This document shows, one piece after another, positions 13,712 to 37,900 of a DNA stretch of 64,000 nucleotides (position 1 is the stretch's first letter; each line of letters opens with the position of its first letter). Under the pieces are notes generated by a model. The model had not been told where the DNA came from. It saw only the letters and a list, made by a program, of their open reading frames with translations, and ran no database searches. The translations under genes and the position numbers were made by a program. Origin of the DNA: Haliotis rubra (taxonomy: Eukaryota); assembly GCF_003918875.1 (NCBI RefSeq), contig NW_025765270.1:1-64000 (forward strand). The letters are read 5' to 3'.

Positions 13712-14909
13712 GATGTTATTGAGAGAGAGAGAGAGTCAGCTGGAAATACCCATGTCCGTCTGTGAGGACATATGAAACAGGTCAAGGACCTTATCAACCT
13801 GGCGAAACCAACACGCACGAGTATAAGTGAGTGAGTTTAGTTTTATGCCGCGTTTAGCTATATTCCAGCAATATCACGCCGGGGTGCACGGGTATGATGA
13901 TGACAAACCTAGAAATTGGAGGGAATCGAACCCACGAACAAAGGTTCCTGGATAATTGTGGTGCCATAGACGCCTGGATCACAGCCAGCAGTGTTGAGAG
14001 ACAACAGTACATGGCTGTACAGGAGATCTGTCCCTAAATCAGGACTTGCGTGGCACTCACGGGTTTGAAGCGTAACATTTATGTCTTTTGGAATTTAAAC
14101 ATACTGGATATTTGTACCGTAGCCTTTTGGCAAGAAATTTGTTTCGTATGTCGGCTGTCTTCCTTACGTATCCCATTGCGGAGATGGTGGACAACATGGC
14201 GTGCGGTACGGGTGTTTGTTTGGATTGGTGCCCGAACATGGCAGAACGTCATTTCATTCAACTTTCCCTACTGGGACTTCACCGTGCGTCGTCAGAGCCT
14301 TCTAATAATAATAATAAAAAATAATAAAAAATAATGAAAATTAATTATGTGATTTTTCAACACCTTCATCCCTCACGATGCAAACTGCAAAAGCATCAGT
14401 CTTGATCGTTGGAACAATTGCAGTTGTACATAGTTACATCTCTATTTCTCAGTTATTCAAATCGGCCAAAATGTCGTCTGAAGTTTACAACACACACTCA
14501 GACATGCCATATCCAGACGAGGTAGTATTCTTCCCTCACCTGCCCCTTTGCTTTTCCACTATCACTCACTCACTCACATCTCTGTAACTCACTCACACAT
14601 CCAGGCGGAGGGGGCGAAGCTTAACGCCACTAAAGCAGGTGTCCCTTCATCGTGTTCGAGGGGAATGCCTTGATATGTTCACATGGCGGCAAGGTCGTCG
14701 CCGGTGTCGCTGAACGTCAAGGTCAGACCCCACCCCCAGGGTACAACATTCCAAGGCCAATATTGTGATTGTTTCGGCCTGACTCGTGCCTTATCTTGTA
14801 CTTGTAAAGTACGGCTTAGATACTTACTTCTGAACACCTGACAGTTTCCAGGTCTATTTTCTAGAATCAACCACTATGATATGACACTTTCAAATATATG
14901 TTTGTCTGT

Positions 14910-15233
14910 NNNNNNNNNNNNNNNNNNNNNNNNNNNNNNNNNNNNNNNNNNNNNNNNNNNNNNNNNNNNNNNNNNNNNNNNNNNNNNNNNNNNNNNNNNN
15001 NNNNNNNNNNNNNNNNNNNNNNNNNNNNNNNNNNNNNNNNNNNNNNNNNNNNNNNNNNNNNNNNNNNNNNNNNNNNNNNNNNNNNNNNNNNNNNNNNNNN
15101 NNNNNNNNNNNNNNNNNNNNNNNNNNNNNNNNNNNNNNNNNNNNNNNNNNNNNNNNNNNNNNNNNNNNNNNNNNNNNNNNNNNNNNNNNNNNNNNNNNNN
15201 NNNNNNNNNNNNNNNNNNNNNNNNNNNNNNNNN
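14910..15233. other. Assembly gap (others at 47429-47558 and 57950-58101)
   Basis: Run of N. Confidence 0.99.
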
Positions 15234-15710
15234 TGGAATGAAGGGTTTTTAAAACCCCGTTAGATAGTGTCGTTTTGGTTTTAAGCTGCTTGATTGTAAC
15301 CTTACACTGGGCAGTTACAAGTTATGTTTCTTTTTAACCTTTATCATACCGTTACTAGATCCCATTGCCAGAAGATACAGGTAAGTTCCCATAATGGAAC
15401 ATTGGCAGGAACATCGTGAATACGAAACAAAACTATAATTTTGTAACACATCTGTTATTTCTTTGAAATTTAGTGAACAAAACTTTCTTTAACACATAAA
15501 TCGATGATGCAGGAATGTTCCGGGAAGAGCTAGGTAATGAAATGGTTGTTAAACGATCACATAAATTACGATGATGAGTATATAACGCAGCTGGAATGGG
15601 TTTTCTTCTCAAAATTGTAGCGACCAAAATCATGTGGCAAGTGTTCCTGAATGTTAGTCGAGCCTTGTCAAAACTGCCCTTGATCCAGGTCATCTGGTTC
15701 TAATGGGGGA

Positions 15711-15876
15711 AGGGCGGTGGGGTAGCCTAGTGCTTAAAGCGTTCGCTCGTCACGCCGAAGACCCGGGTTCTATCCCCACATGGGTACAATGTGTGAAACC
15801 CATTTCTGGTGTCCTCCGCCTTGATCTTGCTAGAATGTTGCTAAAAGCGGCTTAAAACCATACTCACTCACTCACT
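15711..15876 (+). mobile_element. SINE family 1
   Basis: gggcggtggggtagcctagtg...gctaaaagcggcttaaaaccatactcactcac. Confidence 0.85.
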
Positions 15877-15879
15877 CTA

Positions 15880-17608
15880 ATATGGGATTTCAATATCCAT
15901 GTTGATTCTCTGTCTGACTCCGTTGCTAAATTCTTTTGTGACATCTTTCAGTCTCCTACAGCATATGTCTGGTCCAACTCATCGATCAGGTCATAAACTA
16001 GACCTAGTCATAGCATGCTCCCCTGGAGTCTAGTTCTGTTGTCATTCGGCCTTGTTCTGTTATATATTCCTTGTTGAACAGTCTCTTGAAGCGGGATACA
16101 AACTGTATTCTAGCCAACAGATTTGCCGGGTTTTTTCCACGCCCAGATATGGGATATATGCAAAAACTTGACATTAGACGTACTCTGCAGAATCAGGTTT
16201 TCAATGAGCAATGTTTCAGTAGTACATATTTGTCTGAACTCTTCTTATCCTAAAAAAAAATAAGACAGGTTATATCCAAAGCTAAAGCAACTTCTAGCCT
16301 GGAAGCCATACCAACATGACTATTTAAAGCAAGCTTGAATTCTCTCATCAGTCCATTATCCAATTGAGGGATGCCACGGTTCCCAAAGTTTTCAAACAGT
16401 CAGTCGTCACTCCTCTCATTAAAGAGGCCAATTTAAATCCGGATGAGTTAAAAATAAACTACCGGCCAGTATCTAATCTGTCTCTCATTTCAATGTTTGG
16501 AGAAAATTGTTTCACCAAGGCTTGAAAGAACACCTACTCAATAACAACCTTTTTGAACCCTTTCAGAGTGCTTACAAATCAAAACATAGCACAGAGACTG
16601 CACATGATCATGCCCATAACTTGGAGGACGTCATGAGGGCAATGACCCAGCATCAGAACCTTCGACACCCTAGACCAGTTCACCCTATTGCTTTCACGCC
16701 TGGAGGATATAGACTTCAGTGTTAACAGGAAAGGTTGATTTCTCTTGCTGATCAAAATCTCCTATCTGTCAGCCAGAACAGGTTGTCAAGAAGGGCAAGG
16801 AGGTTACCTGAACTCTCAAATTAAACAGTAAAAGTTCACGTTGGTGTTCCGCTTTTTGAAAGTGCCTGCAGGTCTGTCGCTTAACATTGGCTACAGCAAT
16901 GTCGGAACCACTCCATCTGCAAGAAATCTTGGAATCATATTTCAATCCAGCATGTCCCTTGAAAAAGTCAAGAATTTTGGCAAAACTTGCTTCTTCCACA
17001 TTCACAACATCAGTAAAATCCGCCATCGTCTTGACCATGAAACGACAAAACTTCTTAAACAGACTCTCATGACATCACGACTGGATTATTGTAACTCACT
17101 GTTCTTCCACATTCCTTTATACCTGATCACAAAGTTACAGCGAATCCAGAATGCAGCAGCAAGGGTTGCAATGCGCACGCCGCAAACTGAGCATATAACA
17201 CCTATCCTGAAGGCCCACCACTGGCTGCCCGTGAATTTCATGGTTCAGTACAAGATATTTCTTCCAGCCCAAAACTGTGTCTATGATCAATCCTCGTGTC
17301 ACTATCTCAGAGGCGTTGTCAGGATATACCAACCAACCCGTTCTGTCGACCATCTTCGCCTATCAGTCCCAATAATGAAATCATCAATGGGTGATAGAGC
17401 TTTCTCTGCCTCAGCTCCTCTACTGTAGATCGATCCACCTCTTGTCTCTTACAAACCTCATTTAAGACTTTCTTAAAGACACACCTCTTCAAGCAAGCCT
17501 TTGACTTGCTATTCTGAATGACTTTTTCTTATATCTCCTGTACAAATTACCACTGAGCAACCTGTATGGATGGATGAAGTTAGGCGCTATAGAAATATAT
17601 TGTTATTA
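15880..17608 (+). mobile_element. Decayed L2/CR1-group LINE (endonuclease-RT remnants plus 3' end)
   Basis: Broken-frame motifs DFNIHVD, NYRPVSNL, FQSAYKSKHSTETA, SRLDYCNSL, LQRIQNAAAR, HITPILKAHHWLP and GDRAFS. L2-like 3' end ggcgctatagaaat...tattgttatt. Confidence 0.85.
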
Positions 17609-17639
17609 TGTTTTTCAGATTAAAAATAGTATATAGCAA

Positions 17640-18000
17640 AGAGGGTTCTGGTGAACCAGTCAGGCTGGTAAGGTTCATCATCAGCTCAGGGCCCTTGCCC
17701 ATTCTACATGCAGCCCAGATTGCGAATGGGACTTCTCCCAGGAAACGCTGCCTAGTCGAACCCACCAAGAACTTCCGGAGAATATGTAGACTCCCCGCTC
17801 CTGGTTGAGAACCTGGGCACTCTGAGCCAAGAGACCAGGAGGTACCAAACCAAGGGCACCGAGAATAATGGGGAGGCTGACGACAGTATACTTGGGATGC
17901 AAGCGAGACATTTCAAAGCCGATATCCCCGTATTTGGCCTGCTTTTCGTGAATCACATTGCTGTCAAAAGGGACAGAAAATATCTATAACATAAATAACT
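17640..18000 (-). mobile_element. Fragment of a restriction-like-endonuclease non-LTR retrotransposon (R4/Dong/NeSL-like C-terminus)
   Basis: SVPFDSNVIHEKQAKYGDIGFEM...VVSLPIILGALGLVP matches the REL EKxxKY...PIxxGALG pattern. Confidence 0.65.
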
Positions 18001-18899
18001 TCATTGGTTTTATCAAGAAGGAAGATCTATCATTCAAAATTAAGAATTGAACAGATAATTCGTTGTTGTTTTTATCCATTAATGAAGTTATATAACGGTT
18101 TAACCTGACTTAACCCATTTACCTGGATTTAAAGTCTTCTGTGGGTAAATTCTTCAATATTTTGTAGATATAATTGGGACTGTTAGTTAGTCTTGAGGTT
18201 AACGTGTACGCTCGCCAAGCCGGAGGTACTGGTTCAAATCCCAACATAAAACCCCAATTTCTGATGTTCCCAGTGGTGAAATTACTGAAATAGAAGCGAT
18301 AGAATATATTATTCATTCAACTATTCACTCATTCTGCTAGATTTTTTGTTATCTATTCAGCCACCTACATTCAGGTGGCTTGATTTAACCTTTGTACAGA
18401 CAGCTACATACAAGCAAGATAAGAAACGAGCACCTTGTCCCGAGTTGCCATCAGTTTCTGCAGGACACTCCTTGGGCAGGGTACGTACTGAAAACGCTCT
18501 CTTGACATTACCATCTAAAATTCGACAAAGGCTTTTCATTACTCATAAGAAATCTCTGGTAAAAGCAGTGCTGAACGTATCAATGTATTATAATCCAATT
18601 ATTTAAACGGCTTATTATTTCTATATTCAGGCCAGTTCAATACACGTGTATTACTCCTACTGAAACAAACTTGGTACGAGACTTCAATATGAACGTGTTT
18701 TAGCTTGGATAACCATTTGAATGTCAACGAAAAATTAGTTCATTGATATTAAATGAAATTAGATCACGTTGTCCGTACAATATAGAACACACTTTATGGA
18801 TAACAACCATAAAGTGTGTTCTATATTATTACATATACATAAATTGATGGTTAATTAGAGCACATATGTATTTCATTTAGATTTGTGTTTCTTGTCAAC

Positions 18900-19900
18900 A
18901 AAGTATAAAAATAGATAACATCCTTGATTATACTAACATTTTACTCTGTAACATAGATATAAAATTAATAATTGATGGACATTTACTAAAATATTTTGAT
19001 ATGTACTTATTTCTGATATGCGAATATGCATCATAGATATAAACCACATGCCATTCATCTTCAACAACGAAGATACCATTTAATTTACAAAACAGGCAAT
19101 GACTTTCATTATGTACAACATTAATGTATCTACCAGTTTAAACTGCTAGTTTAAAATTACAACTCCGAAATCGGGCATATATAATTTTCAAATATTGAGG
19201 GATATCATGATTTATCAAGTAGCTCTCTACATTTAACAAAGATAAAGATTTGAATTGCTTATAGTAAAAACATTTACAGCTACTGTCCAAAGATGACTGC
19301 CAAGATTGGAATAAATTATCATGTAGTCTCTGTTTAAATGATTCAATAAATATTTTGTGATCACAAATGTCCTGGCTAATCCAAACAAATCCAAAACCAA
19401 ATTGAAAAAGAATATTTTTAATTCTAGTTGCCCATGATTTTCGCCCTACCCTGTCTAGAGATAATAGCATAAAATAACAGTGTTTTGGTAATCTATAGGC
19501 AGGCATGTCTAGAAGTCTACACCGGTATTTCACAGTACTGGTTGTATAAATAAACTGTAAAGGCACTCTTCCACATTCACCCAAGGCCATATTGTTACAG
19601 GTGGATTTTCCAAGTTTCAAAACATATTTACAAGATTTAATATGGACAGATTCAATAGTATTACAGTAGGATGTGCCCCACATTTCAGAACCATAACATA
19701 GAATTGGTGATAAATCTGTACAATTAATGCTGCAAGGTTTTGAGAATCTTGCCTTATTAGCTTATTTAATTTAGTAGTGAACATAATTCCAAGGTACCTG
19801 TAAATTGATACCGTGTCAATGACATTACCATTATAAAACCAATTTTCATATGAGCGCAAGGGACCACAATTTCTAAACACAATAATATGGTGCAAATGGA
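18900..19900 (-). mobile_element. Decayed 3' part of a non-LTR retrotransposon RT ORF
   Basis: YRYLGIMFT and WG...IESVHIKSCKYVLKLGKSTCNNMALGECGRVPL...ARFR, the typical LINE RT thumb/C-terminal pattern. Frameshifted. Confidence 0.75.
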
Positions 19901-20008
19901 TGAGTGAATACTGCTGATTCATGGCGTTAAACAACCAAAGAACGTGGATAGTCCCGCACCCATTAACCAAACATGTTTGGTGAAAAATCACGATTTGGGC
20001 TTATAGAC

Positions 20009-20121
20009 CTGGGCCTAGACTTTCGGAGCTCTCTTAGCGCTAACATAGTCGTAAGTTATTGTTAAGGTATGGCACTTACGACTATCTTAGCGCTAAGAGA
20101 GCTTCGAAAATCCAGGCCCAG
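20009..20121. mobile_element. Palindromic MITE (PIF/Harbinger-like GGCC ends, CWG flanks)
   Basis: ~48-bp arm hairpin ctgggcctag...cgtaagt / acttacg...ccaggcccag, lying 90 bp upstream of the gene A ATG. Confidence 0.7.
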
Positions 20122-20211
20122 AAAGTTAAAGGACTCAAATTACAGCTGACATATGTCAACATAATCAAATAGCAGCTTGAAGGACTGGATGAATTGTTTT
20201 GTTATACACAG

Positions 20212-31155
<10,944 letters not shown>

Positions 31156-31710
31156 ACTCAACATACTTGTTTACATTATCATGGAATAAATACTATACAC
31201 TTGTACACTTCTAATCCGAGTCGTCTCTTTTTTGACACTTTAGATAACAATCCTCTGATACTGTCAATGTGCCTACGTTCTTATATGGAGCCAGACTTGC
31301 AGGCGTATAGTCTTTGACGGAGTCGTATTTGTCTGCTTTCTGACACAGTCATTGAAACAACACTGAAGCAATATAAAACATCCCTCTGGTGCTGTGTGTA
31401 GGGAAGGCAAGCGTTCTTAAGGCAGAACAGTGTGCTGTGATCGTATCCTCAAGCAACCGGGTTGTTTTTCAGCCTATAGACACAACGTTTACAGGTTTTA
31501 GGGTGTTGTCACTTCCGGGGTGTACAGTACATAGAATATCCTCAGACGTACAGTACACAGGTGGCAGAGTCTTTTGTGGCAAGGGACTTAGTTCAAACGT
31601 GCCTCTGTTCACCAGCAGGGAATGGTACTAGCGTGGGTGTAAAAACTCCGAAGCTAGTAGAGAATGATATGTGGAATGCATGCGTATACACCACATGTGG
31701 GCCGTTACTA

Positions 31711-31880
31711 CTGACTGACTGACTGAGTTTGGTTTTACGCCGCTTTTAGCAATATTCCAGAAACATCACGGCGGGGGACACCAGAAATGGGCTTCACACA
31801 TTGTACCCATGTGGGGATTCGAACCCGGGTCTTCGGCGTGACGAGCCAACGCTTTAACCACTAGGCTACCCCACCGCCCC
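31711..31880 (-). mobile_element. tRNA-derived SINE (family 1), full length, young
   Basis: Minus-strand A box TAGCCTAGTGG, B box GGTTCGAATCC and (CAGT)n tail. 13-bp TSD tgggccgttacta. The empty site is seen at ~7243 in the duplicate. The element is copied again at 34152-34323. Confidence 0.9.
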
Positions 31881-32480
31881 TGGGCCGTTACTAGAACCTG
31901 GACGATACAATAATGACTTGGTTATAAAACGTTATTCATTAAACCCAGCGGTATGCTGATCACAAACCAAGAATCCTAATAAAAACGAATCAGAGACTCA
32001 ACACCAGGTCATCGGATTCTGGCAAGACTAAGCGTTTGGCAGCAAAGATGGCTCGGACAACCATTAGGCTAAATATACAGACAATGCCTGTGAGGATATA
32101 TAGTTATAAACATAAGACACAAAAATGTCTGTCTGTCTGTCTCTCTCTGACTGTGTAAGTCTGTTGTAATGAGTGAGTGAGTGAGTTAAAATGTAACGTC
32201 ACATCGGCAATATTTCAGCCATATCGTGACGACTGTTGTAATGAGATAATGATTGGCTGACATGCATAGTGACGATGATGACCTAATTTATATATGTATT
32301 CTATAAATATAAGAATATATACTATAAACTATGTATATATAAGTGTCGATTTGTAAACCAGAGCATTTCCTGAAATGGCGTGTCTTATGTCTTTACAAAT
32401 CATAACAAAAGACCAGGATCTTCAATAATGGATGCCGTGTTGACTTTATTACTGTCAATATTTGCAGCAGGATAGGCTGT

Positions 32481-33201
32481 CTAAGGGCAGATGTCCTTGT
32501 ATGTTGCTGGAAGCTCATGTGTAAGAGCCAGGTGTTCCAGCGCTGAAACAGGAACATGGTAATATTCTTACACATGGAACACAGCTTTAAAGATCATGTG
32601 AATTTATTAAGATAAAATTCCGTATGGAGGTTTAATTATTATCGATCGATGTAATCTGGCAATGTAATGTAATTCAGAGCATAGCGATTCCATTGGGAGT
32701 AAAAGGCAAATTATTTGAAATGAATTAAATGGATCACTGGTCTGGGTTTTGTACAAAGGCGTCTCGTAGATTCTTGGATATTATCAACGTTACAGCAATA
32801 CCATATTATGAAGATATTTCGATAGATTTATGCAGTTCGGGATATATGAAAAATCAGAAAAGGCGTTGCTTAAGATGATTTCCGGGTATGTGTGTTTTGC
32901 TGGCTTTTGGTTTGCTCTGAAACTGACCGCTAGATGGCATCTTTCGATTTATTATACGGTCAGCTTTGCCGTTTTATACATGCTTCAAAATTGCTTTATT
33001 ATCAACACACCTGCCGTCGATGCGTGCATGCCGGCGTTGTAGTCGCACGCCACCTCGTTCTTCACGTAGTCCATTCTGCTGTCGGTGTAGTCGTCGCCCT
33101 GACCTGGGCCGCCCACCATGGCGCCGTACAGGGTGTGTGGGTTAGGGCCTTTGTTAAGCTGGGCGTCCCATCCACATGGCGCCGGCAGCATCGGACAGGA
33201 A
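32481..33201 (-). pseudogene. Extra copy of gene B terminal exons (exon 10: 33201-33011; last exon: 32542-32481)
   Basis: Near-identical to 35651-35461 and 34988-34927, with intact splice sites and a polyA signal. Confidence 0.75.
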
Positions 33202-33454
33202 CTGGTTGAAGGAAGCATGGAAAACTTTCATGTAGCAGATAGACACGTCCATATCATAATATAAAATGTCAAAACTCGGACAACCATTAGGTTAAGTATA
33301 CAGACAATGCCTGTGAGGATATCTAGTAATAAACATATGACTGTAAATGTAAATGTCTGTCTGTCTGTCTGTCTCTGTCTGACTTTCTGACTGTGTAAGT
33401 CTGTTGTAATGAGATAATGATTGGCTTACGATGCATAGTGACGATGATGACCTA

Positions 33455-33456
<2 letters not shown>

Positions 33457-33538
<82 letters not shown>
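33457..33538. repeat. (AT)n microsatellite
   Basis: ~40 units. Confidence 0.97.
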
Positions 33539-33541
<3 letters not shown>

Positions 33542-33711
33542 ATAAATATAAGAATATATACTATATTGTTAAGTGTCGATTTGTAAACCAGAGCATTTCC
33601 CTGAAATGGCGTGTCTTATGTCTTTACAAATCATAACAAAAGACCAGGATCTTCAATAATGGATGTCGTGTCGACTTTATTACTGCCAATATTTGCAGCA
33701 GGATAGGCTGT

Positions 33712-34071
33712 CTAAGGGCAGATGTCCTTGTATGTTGCTGGAAGCTCATGTGTAAGAGCCAGGTGTTCCAGCGCTGAAACAGGAACATGGTAAACTATTC
33801 TTACACAAGGAACACAGCTTTAAAGATCATGTGAATTTATGAAGATAAAATTCCACATGCAGGTTTAATTATTATCGATCGATGTAATCTGGCATGTAAT
33901 GAAATGTCAGAGAAGGCGTTGCTTAACATGATTTCCGGGTATGTGTCTTTTGCTGGCTATTTTGTTTGCTCTGAAACTGACCGATAGAGGGCGCCGTACA
34001 GGGTGTGTGGGTTAGGGCCTTTGTTAAGCTGGGCGTCCCATCCACATGGCGCCGGCAGCATCGGACAGGAA
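33712..34071 (-). pseudogene. Third, internally deleted copy of gene B terminal exons
   Basis: Last exon at 33773-33712. Exon 10 is truncated to 34071-33991 and has lost the NEVACDYN catalytic-acid segment and the donor site. Confidence 0.75.
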
Positions 34072-34926
34072 CTGGTTGAAGGAAGCATGGAAAACTTTCA
34101 TGTAGCAGATAGACACGTCCATATCATAATAAAAAATGTCAAAAAAATTACTACTGACTGACTGACTGAGTTTGGTTTTACGCCGCTTTTAGCAATATTC
34201 CAGAAACATCACGGCGGTGGACACCAGAAATGGGCTTTACACATTGTACCCATGTGGGGATTCGAACCCGGGTCTTCGGCGTGACGAGCCAACGCTTTAA
34301 CCACTAGGCTACCCCACCGCCCCTGGGCCGTAACTAGAACCTGGACGATACAATAATGATTTGGTTATAAAACGTTATTCATTAAACCCAGCGGTATGCT
34401 GATCACAAACAAAGAATCCTAATAAAAACGAATCAGAGACTCAACACCAGGTCATCGGAATCTGGCAACACTAAGCGTTTGGCACCAAAGATGGCTCGGA
34501 CAACCATTAGGTTAAGTATACAGACAATGCCTGTGAGGATATCTAGTAATAAACATATGACTGTAAATGTAAATGACTGTCTGTCTGTCTGTAATGAGTC
34601 TGACTGAGTGACTGTGTAACTGTTGTATCGAGATAATGATTGGCTTACGATGCATAGTGACGATGATGTAATGAGATAATGATTGGCTGATATATGCATA
34701 GTGACGATGATGACCTAATTTATATATGTATTGTATATATATATAAATATATATGTATAAATATAAGAATATATACTATATTGTAAAGTGTCGATTTGTA
34801 AACCAGAGCATTTCCCTGAAATGGCGTGTCTTATGTCTTTACAAATCATAACAAAAGACCAGGATCTTCAATAATGGATGCCGTGTTGACTTTATTACTG
34901 CCAATATTTGCAGCAGGATAGGCTGT

Positions 34927-37900
34927 CTAAGGGCAGATGTCCTTGTATGTTGCTGGAAGCTCATGTGTAAGAGCCAGGTGTTCCAGCGCTGAAACAGGAA
35001 CATGGTAAACTATTCTTACACATGGAACACAGCTTTAAAGATCATGTGAATTTATGAAGATAAAATTCCATATGGAGGTTTAATTATTATCGATCGATGT
35101 AATCTGGCCATGTGATGTAATGTCAGAGAATAGCGATTCCATTGGGAGTAAAAGGCAAATTATTTGAAATGAATTAAATGGATCACTGGTCTGGGTTTTG
35201 TACAAAGGCGTCTCGTAGATTCTTGGATATTATCAACGTTACAGCAATACCATATTATGAAGATATTTCGATAGATTTATGCAGTTCGGGATATATGAAA
35301 AATCAGAAAAGGCGTTGCTTAAGATGATTTCCGGGTATGTGTGTTTTGCTGGCTATTTGGTTTGCTCTGAAACTGACCGCTAGATGGCATCTTTCGATTT
35401 ATTATACGGTCAGCTTTGCCGTTTTATACATGCTTCAAAATTGCTTTATTATCAACACACCTGCCGTCGATGCGTGCATGCCGGCGTTGTAGTCGCACGC
35501 CACCTCGTTCTTCACGTAGTCCATTCTGCTGTCGGTGTAGTCGTCGCCCTGACCTGGGCCGCCCACCATGGCGCCGTACAGGGTGTGTGGGTTAGGGCCT
35601 TTGTTAAGCTGGGCGTCCCATCCACATGGCGCCGGCAGCATCGGACAGGAACTGGTTGAAGGAAGCATGGAAAACTTTCATGTAGCAGATAGACACGTCC
35701 ATATCATAATATAAAATGTCAAAAAATTCCTATAAAATTTCATTTTCAAGAAGTGACCAGCCAGGTGAACAATATTGTTATACGACAACATTTTTATACG
35801 TGATGATGAAGTTTGTGATTAATGTGGAAGTTTGTTGCATTCCCAAACCATACATTCATGTTTCAGACATACAGTCACGAGAACAAGTATACATATATAC
35901 AATGAACACTGAGAATGTACAAACCTCGCTCGGTGATGTGGCTTCACGGGAGGGTTGACACCAAATCCGACAATATAGCTCCTTCCGGTGTCTCCGTAGG
36001 CGTAATGCAACTGCGACATCGCCCACTTCCGGTATTCCTCTGTGTGGAGGCCGTTGTCCGCGGCGACGAGGGCGATGAAAGCCGTGTTGGCTGGAAGTGA
36101 CATGAGTGACTGAATGGTGAGGCTCTTTAAACGGAATTAGTGTATTGATATACCACACCGAATATATTCACGTTTATTCAAACCTTCTGCAATACGACTG
36201 TAAATCTAGGTTTCGCTTAAATAAACGCATTTGTGAAACGATAAACCATTTGTAACTGCCCCGCTACGCGAGATAGATATTATGTCTTTTAACTGATCGC
36301 TATCTGTGCAACACAGATCATACGAACATGATGTTACAAACAGGCATATCTGAGCGCTCCCCACTGTAGTCTGAACGCCATGCACTTGGGACTGTAGGGG
36401 ACATCTCCACCGGGAAGCCACATCGTGAACGTGTCCTCGATGTCCTTCTTGTATATGTCCTTCTTGGTCTCCTCATACAGCAGCATCTGAAGGACGAGGA
36501 CATCGTGTAGGTAAAGGTTTAGGATCATCTGCTGACATGTGTACGCAGAGTGGAGTGAGTGAGTGAATGACAGTCATACTTGTATAATAATTGAGTGAGT
36601 TAGTTTTACGCCGCTTTCAGCAAAATTCCAATAATGGCTCATGGCACGATGCACTAGAAATGGACTTTACACTTTGTACCCAAGTGGAGAATCGAACCCG
36701 GGTCTTCAGCGTGGCGAGGGAACCACTAGGCTACCCCACCGCCCCTCTCATTTCTTTGAATTTGTATTTCAGAGTATACTAAAACGAGCAACATGCACTG
36801 GTGAAAAATATATACACATATTCATTGCATACTGAGAATGTATCCACATGGCGACTGTTATCCATGGAACTAAATATGCCGGTGAAGGTTGATGATAATT
36901 TTTAATCATTTCATTCAGATTACATTATCCACACACTGGATGTTATATAATGGACCTGCATTCACCTATGACGGATGTAGAGGATACATTAAGACTGTAT
37001 ACCAGGTTTATATCCACGGAAACGGTAATATACTATTTACACTACCACCCCGTGATATCCATGTACTGTTCGGTTTTAATAATATTATTATTTTTCCTGG
37101 ATTATCGGCTAATTCTCGACACCTAAATCTAGATGTGACGTACTATCTCTGAATATATTCCTACGAGAAGAAGCAAAAGCAGCACATGTGCATTTCCCTT
37201 AGTAAAATAATCCAATCAAACCCTACGTATACGTTCAGTTGAGTATGGCGCCGTGTACGGGGCACACCTTGGTATCCATTCCCCAGTCTACACCGGTGTC
37301 AGGACCCGTACTTCGACATGGTTGTGTTTTCCAGCCCGTCAAATTTGCATTGATAATGATAATTCTTGTAAATCTTTAGTGATTTGGGAATACAAAAAGT
37401 CTTACATTGTGCTCTAGTATCGTGGTGATATCGGAGGCCAATATTTCTGTCGTAAAACATTGCATACGCCACCGATGGTCCATACTGGAACCTTTATACG
37501 TTACGTCATGTACGGGCAGTGCTGAGGGTCAATATGTTAGTATACTGTGTCGCAATTGTACAGTGGACTGATACATTATGATGACGGTTTTATCGCTGTA
37601 ACTCACGTGTAGAAGCCTGCTGCTGCTGACACACTGGAACTGTAGAAGGCCTGGTGACTTTTACCAAAATCAAACAGTTCCTTAGCATGCTTCAGGAGGA
37701 TGTCAGAGTAGGCGGGATCTACAATGGCAAGGTCGGGTGTCTTTGATTTGTATTTAGTTCATAGATCAGAACACATGGAAATTGCTAATAGTATTCAGTA
37801 TCTCTCTAAATATCAAAAGTTTGTTCCTATCTTTCAGCTGGACTTTGATTAATGTATTTAGTTGACAGAACAGAACACACGGAAGTTACTATTCTGAACC

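Noticed and set aside
15711-15790. tRNA-like sequences with A and B boxes (many copies)
   Set aside because: They are SINE heads fused to a common body and tail with TSDs, not tRNA genes.
18415-18486. Possible promoter and non-coding first exon of gene A (TCAGTT initiator-like at 18451, donor gtacgt at 18481)
   Set aside because: An upstream UTR exon is likely because AG directly precedes the ATG, but these short motifs cannot be distinguished from chance without 5' RACE or CAGE.
37200-37330. Minus-strand GVDWGMDTK as a candidate for the missing exon 7 of gene B
   Set aside because: No DE-x-x-W or FSWD motif, a stop in frame, and no suitable splice sites. A DEL triplet near 11290 also lacks the context.
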